A DNA stretch of 33,660 nt from Chloroflexota bacterium (GTDB taxonomy: Bacteria; Chloroflexota; Anaerolineae; JACRMK01): contig JACQEC010000030.1 in assembly GCA_016200765.1 (NCBI GenBank), positions 1 through 33,660 of the forward strand, written 5' to 3'. The notes below the pieces were generated by a model. That model was given only the letters and a program-made list of their open reading frames with translations. It was not told the origin of the DNA and searched no databases. Of this stretch, positions 27,398-33,660 are shown one piece after another (within the stretch, counting starts at the first letter, position 1; the number at the start of each line of letters is the position of its first letter). The translations under genes and the position numbers were made by a program.

Positions 27398-28246
27398 TTG
27401 CCCCTGATGGCCGATGAGGGCGCGCCGCCATTCCTGTCTGTCCTTTACGCGCAAGCGGCGTCGGCGTTTGGCACGTCGGTTGTTCTGCTGTTCCTGTTCG
27501 TAGCCGTTTTCGGGCCGCTGTTCGCCCCGTATAGCCCGACCCAGCAGATCGCGTCCGAAGCGCGCCAGCCGCCCTCGCCGCAACATTGGTTTGGCGCCGA
27601 TCGGCTGGGGCGCGATGTGTTCAGCCGCGTCGTTTACGGCGCGCGCGATATCATCAGCCTCGCCGGGTTGGGCAGTTTGCTGGCGGTCATCGCCGGCACG
27701 TTGTTTGGTCTGATCAGCGGCTACCGGGGCGGTCTGTTTGACGAACTGCTGTTTCGCCTCTTCGACGCCTTCCTATCACTGCCGTCGCTGCTCCTCGCTC
27801 TGCTCCTGCTGGGCACGCTCGGCCCATCGCGCAACAGCGTCCTGATCGTCATTGTGTTTGTCTATACGCCGATTGTGGCGCGCGTCGTGCGCAGTGTTGT
27901 GCTGGGTGTCCGTCACAAGGGTTTTATCGAAGCGGCGCAGATGCGCGGTGAAGCGGGTTGGTACATCCTCTTCCGCGAAATACTGCCCTCGGTCTTGCCG
28001 GCGCTGGCGGTGGAAGCAGCCTTGCGTTTCTCCTATGCGATCTTCCTCGTCTCATCGTTGGGTTTTCTGGGCGTGGGCGTTCAGCCGCCCAACCCGGACT
28101 GGGGCCTGATGGTGAGTGAAGGGCGCAACACTATATCGCTGACCCCGTGGGCGCTCTACTTTCCGGTCGGCGCGATTTCGCTGTTGGTGATCGGCGTCAA
28201 TTTGATGGCCGACGGCGTTCGGCGCGCCCTGCAAGGGGAGGCGTAA
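27398..28246 (+). CDS. ABC transporter permease, DppC/OppC type
   Basis: N-terminal FGPLFAPYSP and EAA-loop-like FIEAAQMRGEAGWYILFREILPS. TTG at 27398 (alternative ATG at 27407). The stop overlaps the next start (TAATG). Confidence 0.85.
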   Translation: MPLMADEGAPPFLSVLYAQAASAFGTSVVLLFLFVAVFGPLFAPYSPTQQIASEARQPPSPQHWFGADRLGRDVFSRVVYGARDIISLAGLGSLLAVIAGTLFGLISGYRGGLFDELLFRLFDAFLSLPSLLLALLLLGTLGPSRNSVLIVIVFVYTPIVARVVRSVVLGVRHKGFIEAAQMRGEAGWYILFREILPSVLPALAVEAALRFSYAIFLVSSLGFLGVGVQPPNPDWGLMVSEGRNTISLTPWALYFPVGAISLLVIGVNLMADGVRRALQGEA

Positions 28247-30345
28247 TGGCGCTGACCATCGGCGACCTGACCGTTTCCTACCGGCAACAGGGACGCTGGC
28301 TCGACGTGGTGCGCGAGGTGAGTTTGTCCATCCAGCCGGGCCAGACCTACGGGCTGGTGGGCGAGAGCGGGTCGGGCAAGACCACACTCGCGCTGGCGGT
28401 CATGCGTTATCTGGGTGAGCATGGCCGCATCCGCCAGGGAACGATTGAACTGGCCGGGCTAAACCTGCTGACGCTTGACGAAGCCAGTCTCGTCCGCGCG
28501 CGCCGCGATCTCATTCGGCTGGTTCCGCAGAACCCGCAATCGTCGCTCAATCCGTCTATGCGGATTGGAGAGCAGGTCGCCGAGACCCTGCCCGGCTTAT
28601 CAGAGAGCGAGGGCAAACGGCGCGTGCTGGCTCTGCTGTCTAGCGTGCGCCTGCCCGACCCCGAACGGGTGATGCAGAGTTATCCGCATCAATTGAGCGG
28701 CGGGATGTTACAGCGGGTGATGATCGCCATGGCCCTTAGCGGCGAGCCGGCGCTGTTGATACTGGACGAGCCGACGACGAACCTCGACGCAACCACCGAA
28801 GCGGCCATCCTCGACCTGATCCGCGACCTGATTCGCGCGCGCCGCACCGCCGTGCTGTACGTGTCGCACAGCCTGAGCCTCATCTCCCAGTTGTGCGAGC
28901 GGGTGGCGGTCTTGTACGCGGGTGAGTTGGTTGAGGACGCGCCGGTGGGCGAACTCTTTCAACGGCCTTTGCATCCCTACACACAGGGCCTGCTCGACAG
29001 CGTGCCGCGCATCGGCCAGAACAAGCGGGCCGCCGAACTGCGCCCCATCCCCGGCCAGATACCGCGTGCGGGTGAGCGGCCGCCGGGCTGTGTCTTTGCG
29101 CCGCGCTGTCATCTCGCCAATGCCCTATGCGAACAGGCGCGCCCGCCGCTGGATACGCCCGGCGAAGGCCGGCGTGTGCGCTGTCACCGTTGGCCGGAGA
29201 TCGCGGCCGGCGCGGTAGGGGCGAACCAAATCGTTGAGCGTTACGGGTTTCGCGTTCACGCGCCAACGCGCCAACGCACAACGCATAGCGCGCCGCCGGT
29301 TGTGCTGGCCGTGACGCACTTGCAGAAGCGCTTTCCGGTGCGGCGCACCCTCGGCGAGTGGCTGAACGCCAGGCCGCCGCGCCAGATTGAGGCAGTGCGG
29401 GGTGTGGATTTAGAAATCTCGCGTGGCCGGACGCTGGGGCTGGTGGGGGAAAGCGGAAGCGGGAAGACGACGGTAGCGCGCTGTATTATCGGCCTGAGCG
29501 AGCGCAGTGGGGGCGAGGTCGCCCTGCTCGACATCCCGCTCGCGCCCTCTATCGCACAGCGCGCGCCCGATCTCCTGCGCCGCCTGCAAATGGTCTTGCA
29601 GAATCCCGACGAAGCGTTAAACCCCTACCTCAATGTCGGCGAGATTCTGGGCCGTCCTTTGCAAAAACTGGCGGGCTACGCCCCGGCCGATGCCGCGCGG
29701 GGGGTGTCTCGTCTGCTGGAAGCCGTGAAGCTCGACCCGGCCACCGCCGCGCGCTTGCCCGGCCAACTTAGCGGCGGCGAGAAGCAACGCGTCGCTATCG
29801 CGCGCGCGTTTGCCACCCGCCCAGACCTGATCCTGTTTGACGAGCCGGTGTCGGCGCTGGATATGTCGGTGCAGGCGGCGATTTTGAACTTGATCGCCGA
29901 ACTCCAGCGCGAGAGCCGCCATAGCGTCCTGCTCATCTCGCACGATCTGGCGGTGGTTGGCTATCTGGCCGACGAGGTTATCGTAATGTATCTGGGGCGG
30001 GCGATGGAGGTAGCGCGTACCGAGGACATCTTCACCCCGCCCCACCACCCGTATACCGAGGCGCTTCTCTCCGCCATTCCCGTGATGCCGCGACCGGGCG
30101 AGTCACCACTAACCCGCGCCCAGCCCATTCACCTCGACGGGGACATACCAAGCCCGATGGATGCGCCGGCCGGTTGCCCATTCCACACGCGCTGTCCGCG
30201 CTCGCTGGGCGAGATTTGCGCCCGGCAGGAGCCGCCCTGGCAGGTGGGCCAGAACGGTCGCCGCGTCTTCTGTCACATCCCGCTAGACGATTTGGAGAAA
30301 GCCCAGCGCACTAACAGCGACCGAGAGCCGAGAGTTGATTTTTGA
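28246..30345 (+). CDS. Fused double ABC ATPase (DppD-DppF-like, two nucleotide-binding domains)
   Basis: Two Walker A motifs (GESGSGKTT x2) and two signatures ([18 protein letters not shown]). Each half has the oligopeptide-type C-terminal Cys-containing extension. ATG at 28246. Confidence 0.9.
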   Translation: MALTIGDLTVSYRQQGRWLDVVREVSLSIQPGQTYGLVGESGSGKTTLALAVMRYLGEHGRIRQGTIELAGLNLLTLDEASLVRARRDLIRLVPQNPQSSLNPSMRIGEQVAETLPGLSESEGKRRVLALLSSVRLPDPERVMQSYPHQLSGGMLQRVMIAMALSGEPALLILDEPTTNLDATTEAAILDLIRDLIRARRTAVLYVSHSLSLISQLCERVAVLYAGELVEDAPVGELFQRPLHPYTQGLLDSVPRIGQNKRAAELRPIPGQIPRAGERPPGCVFAPRCHLANALCEQARPPLDTPGEGRRVRCHRWPEIAAGAVGANQIVERYGFRVHAPTRQRTTHSAPPVVLAVTHLQKRFPVRRTLGEWLNARPPRQIEAVRGVDLEISRGRTLGLVGESGSGKTTVARCIIGLSERSGGEVALLDIPLAPSIAQRAPDLLRRLQMVLQNPDEALNPYLNVGEILGRPLQKLAGYAPADAARGVSRLLEAVKLDPATAARLPGQLSGGEKQRVAIARAFATRPDLILFDEPVSALDMSVQAAILNLIAELQRESRHSVLLISHDLAVVGYLADEVIVMYLGRAMEVARTEDIFTPPHHPYTEALLSAIPVMPRPGESPLTRAQPIHLDGDIPSPMDAPAGCPFHTRCPRSLGEICARQEPPWQVGQNGRRVFCHIPLDDLEKAQRTNSDREPRVDF
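29233..29292. repeat. GCGTT/AACGC-type repeat element embedded in frame in the ATPase interdomain linker
   Basis: gttgagcgttacgggtttcgcgttcacgcgccaacgcgccaacgcacaacgcatagcgcg is closely similar to the intergenic copy at 33338-33382. Confidence 0.65.
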
Positions 30346-30396
30346 TTTTAGATTTTGATGGTCAATCTAAAATCACAAATCTAAAATTGAAAATGG
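30337..30396. repeat. AT-rich inverted/direct repeat element between convergent genes
   Basis: gatttttgattttagatttt ... aatctaaaatc ... aaatctaaaattgaaaatgg. gattttagatt (30344-30354) pairs with aatctaaaatc (30364-30374), and a second aatctaaaat copy lies at 30378-30387. Same family as 4966-5008. Confidence 0.6.
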
Positions 30397-30422
30397 TCGC
30401 CCGCGCCATCGCCCCATACGAC

Positions 30423-33302
30423 CTAAACGACAGTTGGCGCAACCTCCGCCGCCGGGGCCGCGGCGCGGGAGATCTCCTGCTTGACGCGCTCCCAGGTGGA
30501 TAAGGGAATGGTCAGGAACGCATCCACCACCGCCGGGTCGAACTGGGTGTCGCGCTGGCGGCGGATTTCGGCGGCGGCTTCGGTGAAGGAACGCCCGATG
30601 CGATAGGGGCGCGTGTTCGTGATCGCGTCCAGCGTGTCGGCGATGGCAAAGATACGGGCTGGCAGGGGAATGTTTTCGCCGTCAAGACCATAGGGGTAGC
30701 CGGAGCCGCTCCAGCGCTCGTGATGGAATTGCACAACCGCCAGCGCCGGTTGCAGGAAGGAGATGTCCAGCAGGATTTGGCGGCCAATCTCCGGGTGACG
30801 GCGCATCGCCTGCCATTCGGTCGGATTGAGCGGGCCGGGCTTGAGCAAGATGGCATCGGGCACGCCGATTTTCCCGATGTCGTGCAGGAGCGCGCCGAGT
30901 TCAAGCGCTTGATGGATGACAGGATCGGTCACGCCCAGCGCGTCGGCCAGCACCAGCGCATAGGCTGTGACCCGTTTTGAGTGGCCTTCGGTTTCGCGGT
31001 CTCGCGCATCCAGAGCCGCGCTCAGGGCGCTGAGAGTCGCCTGATAACTCTGGCGCAGGTCGCTCAGCGCCTCCGCCAAGGCTTCTGCCTGCAGTTCCGT
31101 TTTTTTGTGAAGCGAGACGCGGTGAATGGCAATGCCTCCGATTTCGGTAATCGTCTGCGCCAGGCGCAGTTCATCCTCGGAGGGCGGATGATTGAAGACC
31201 AGCGATAGCACGCCTATGGGGTTGCCGCCCGGACGCATCGGCAGGGTGAGGCCGCACGCCCCGCCGCCCAGCGTGTCTCTCAAGGTGGGGGGAAAGCGCC
31301 CGTCCTGCGGCAGGTTGAGGGAGAGGTCGGGTTGCAACGTCTCCAGAACCTGTGACGCGAGGCTGCCCGCCAGCGGCAAGCGCAGGCCCTGCATCGGCGC
31401 GAGCACGCCGACCGCCAGCGTCAGTCGAACTTCCTCACGCTCCGGGTCAAGCAGGTGGATGGCGCCCCCCACCACGCCCAGCGTACTGCTCAGTTGTTTG
31501 AGCAAGGTCTCCATCACCGATTCAAGGTCAGTCGCTTGGCGCATGGTGGTGCTGACCGACAAGAGGGTCACGAGCTCCGCCACCTGCCGCTTGACCGTCG
31601 CGTAGAGCCGGGCGCGCGTCAGCGCCATGGCTCCCTGCTGGCCGAAGATAGTCGCGACCTCCACATCCAGCGGCGTGAACCGCTCGTCGTTCTGCGTGTC
31701 AATCAGGATCAGCGCGCCCACCGCCGCGTCGTCGCTCAAGAAGGGCACGCCCAGAATGGAGCGAATGTCAAAGAGGGAGACGAGCGGCTGGCTGGCCTGA
31801 TTGGAGGTGCGCGCATGGTTGACGAAAATAGGCTTCCGTTCCCGCACCACGCGCGCGCCGACCAGCTTCGGATCGGACAAAGACTGGCGCATCCCGATGA
31901 ACTTCTCGCGTTTGTGGCCGCGCGCCGCGTGACCAACCAGTTCGTCGCCCTCGCGCAACCAGAGCAGCGCCAGGTCCACGTCGAACAGCCTCATGCTTTC
32001 CTCGCAGATGGTGTCCAGCACGCGGTCGAGGTCGAGTGTCACGCCCATCGCGAGGCCAATCGGAATCAACGCTTCGGCCACCCGCCCGCGCTCCAGCGCG
32101 ACCTGCTGTTTTTGCAAGGTTGTCGTGCGCTCAATCAGCAACTGGTCGCCGCGCCGCACCACCAATAGCAAGACAATGAACAGCAGCGCCGACATGCCCA
32201 CAAACAGCCCGCTGGTGCCCCAGCGCACGACGTTGAGTTCGTCGGGCGAAACCAGCGGCCCCAACAATTGCGCGGCCAGATCGCCGCCCAACAGCGCCAA
32301 CAGCGCAACGGCGATAACGCTGGTCGCGGCGAAATAGCGGGTCAGTTCAAAGTGGCGTACCTGCTCGTATTCCGCCACCACCGCGCCCGTGGCAAACACG
32401 AACCCGATGAGCATCAGCAGATGGTACAACCACCAGCTGAGATGCCAGAGCGGCATCGTCGCCATGGAGAAGACCGCTTCGGCCAGAAAGCCGCACGCCA
32501 TAGCGAGCGCGCCTTCCAGCGGCCGCCCCTCGCGGCGATAGACCGTCCAGAAATAGATTCCGACTCCGGCGTACAAGAGCATCGCCAGCGCGGCCAAGAT
32601 ATAGAGACTTGAGGGGCTTAGCTCTGCGAGCGCCGCCAGCGGCGCTGGCGCGAGAAATGCCATCAGGATATAAAGGATATAGACGATCAAACCGACCTGC
32701 CAGAGGCGGCGGCGCTGGGAGAGAAGCTTGAGTTGTAGAGGGGTCGGCCAGGGTATAGCGGCCAGCGCAAGCAGAATCGCGCCCACCATCAGGCTAATGG
32801 GCGCCGACCAGGTGACGGCCAGAGTGGGGTCAACGGCGAGACGCGGGGGTGATGGCGATGCGGCGGCCGGCGCTGAAGATTTGGGCGACTCATATTCGTC
32901 GCTCAGTTCAGCCGACGACGCGGCGTCGGGCGTGACGTGGCCGGCGTGCGGGTTGACGGTGAAGAGCACGCCCGGCGTCGCCACCCCGTGGATGAGGAAG
33001 ACGCTGGCGATGCCGGCGAAGGCCAGCGTAACCAACAGCGTGCGCGCGTCGGCTACCGGGGCGGCCAAACTGCCGATCAGTATGGCGACGACCAGCGCAA
33101 TCAGGCTTGTCAGGGAGACAATCTGAAAGTGCGCCCACAGCGCAATCAACCCGATATCCCATGCCGGCACGAGCCGCAAGACCGCCAGCAGTGCCAGCGG
33201 CAACAGCAGTGTGCCGGAGAGGACGAGCGGGTTAACGGCCGCGCGCGCCGGCGTTCTCAAGGGTGCCCCGGAAGTGATCACAAGTGAGCATGATTCTAGC
33301 AC
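30423..33302 (-). CDS. Membrane-anchored GAF-GAF-HD-GYP signalling protein (probable c-di-GMP phosphodiesterase)
   Basis: The C-terminal HD-GYP domain has HDIGKIGVPD and HHERWSGSGYPYGL. Two GAF-like regions precede it. The N-terminal ~380 aa form a polytopic membrane domain. Confidence 0.85.
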   Translation of the reverse strand: MLESCSLVITSGAPLRTPARAAVNPLVLSGTLLLPLALLAVLRLVPAWDIGLIALWAHFQIVSLTSLIALVVAILIGSLAAPVADARTLLVTLAFAGIASVFLIHGVATPGVLFTVNPHAGHVTPDAASSAELSDEYESPKSSAPAAASPSPPRLAVDPTLAVTWSAPISLMVGAILLALAAIPWPTPLQLKLLSQRRRLWQVGLIVYILYILMAFLAPAPLAALAELSPSSLYILAALAMLLYAGVGIYFWTVYRREGRPLEGALAMACGFLAEAVFSMATMPLWHLSWWLYHLLMLIGFVFATGAVVAEYEQVRHFELTRYFAATSVIAVALLALLGGDLAAQLLGPLVSPDELNVVRWGTSGLFVGMSALLFIVLLLVVRRGDQLLIERTTTLQKQQVALERGRVAEALIPIGLAMGVTLDLDRVLDTICEESMRLFDVDLALLWLREGDELVGHAARGHKREKFIGMRQSLSDPKLVGARVVRERKPIFVNHARTSNQASQPLVSLFDIRSILGVPFLSDDAAVGALILIDTQNDERFTPLDVEVATIFGQQGAMALTRARLYATVKRQVAELVTLLSVSTTMRQATDLESVMETLLKQLSSTLGVVGGAIHLLDPEREEVRLTLAVGVLAPMQGLRLPLAGSLASQVLETLQPDLSLNLPQDGRFPPTLRDTLGGGACGLTLPMRPGGNPIGVLSLVFNHPPSEDELRLAQTITEIGGIAIHRVSLHKKTELQAEALAEALSDLRQSYQATLSALSAALDARDRETEGHSKRVTAYALVLADALGVTDPVIHQALELGALLHDIGKIGVPDAILLKPGPLNPTEWQAMRRHPEIGRQILLDISFLQPALAVVQFHHERWSGSGYPYGLDGENIPLPARIFAIADTLDAITNTRPYRIGRSFTEAAAEIRRQRDTQFDPAVVDAFLTIPLSTWERVKQEISRAAAPAAEVAPTVV

Positions 33303-33337
33303 GAACCCAGCACCGGCGGCAACCGGCAGAAAATCCC

Positions 33338-33382
33338 GTTGCGCGTTACGGGTTCACGCGTTCACGCGCCAACGCTCAACGG
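33338..33382. repeat. GCGTT/AACGC-type repeat element (intergenic copy)
   Basis: cgttgcgcgttacgggttcacgcgttcacgcgccaacgctcaacgg. Related copies occur at 29233-29292, 1231-1262, 6335-6365 and 10981-11020. Confidence 0.65.
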
Positions 33383-33384
33383 TT

Positions 33385-33412
33385 TTGACAACCCTTGCCG
33401 CCATGTTATAAT
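33385..33412 (+). promoter_or_regulatory. Consensus sigma-70-type promoter of tRNA-Leu
   Basis: TTGACA (33385-33390), 16-nt spacer, TATAAT (33407-33412). The tRNA 5' end lies 12 nt downstream. Confidence 0.75.
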
Positions 33413-33424
33413 TTCTCCGACGAT

Positions 33425-33510
<86 letters not shown>

Positions 33511-33557
33511 CTCACACCCCCAGTGCTACGACACTCGGGTGATGTCATTTCTATCCC

Positions 33558-33660
33558 TTATCGTACTCTGGCAATCTTGAACCTGCCACGGGAGAAGATA
33601 TAGCGGATACCGACATAGGGATAATACCACAGGTGCAACACCACCGCCTGATTCTGGTCG
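33558..33660 (-). CDS. 3' end of an unidentified gene running off the window (34 codons)
   Basis: All three minus frames are open here. Only the frame ...DQNQAVVLHLWYYPYVGIRYIFSRGRFKIARVR* has high GC3 (about 2/3 by hand count). No function can be assigned. Confidence 0.3.
   Translation of the reverse strand, partial: DQNQAVVLHLWYYPYVGIRYIFSRGRFKIARVR

Overview
High-G+C (by eye about 65-70%) bacterial chromosomal segment. Gene content and short repeat 'words' suggest a filamentous Chloroflexota-type genome, but that placement is low confidence and from memory. Most of the window is ordinary housekeeping. In order: 3' end of a FecE/BtuD-type ABC ATPase, mpg, then a minus-strand block (thiolase, korA/korB 2-oxoacid:ferredoxin oxidoreductase, lipA). 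Next come a 1074-aa secreted protein (14 RCC1 repeats + PKD), a double-GNAT acetyltransferase, a DsbA/FrnE-like oxidoreductase, an MFS transporter and an SLT transglycosylase. Then the heat-shock operon hrcA-grpE-dnaK-dnaJ with a consensus promoter and CIRCE operator, followed by prmA and rsmE. A visibly lower-G+C insert carries a minimal nucleotidyltransferase and a GT-C membrane glycosyltransferase. The window ends with an acyl-CoA synthetase, an SDR epimerase-like gene, a peptide/nickel-type ABC importer (SBP, one permease, fused double ATPase), a membrane GAF-GAF-HD-GYP protein and tRNA-Leu(GAG). I see no convincing novel multi-gene system (no CRISPR, RT, integrase, transposase or defence-like cassette). 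The observations most worth follow-up are: (1) an in-frame TGA at the first Cys of the CxxC motif of the DsbA-like gene, with a SECIS-like hairpin, making it a candidate selenoprotein. (2) korA, dnaJ and prmA each carry an internal out-of-frame deletion, a DppB-type permease is missing, and a HEPN partner is reduced to a remnant; this points to assembly artefact or genome decay. (3) Several REP-like repeat families occur in intergenic DNA and also in frame as interdomain linkers of two fused proteins. (4) The CIRCE operator has a duplicated right half-site. All homology statements come from reading motifs by eye; no searches were run.
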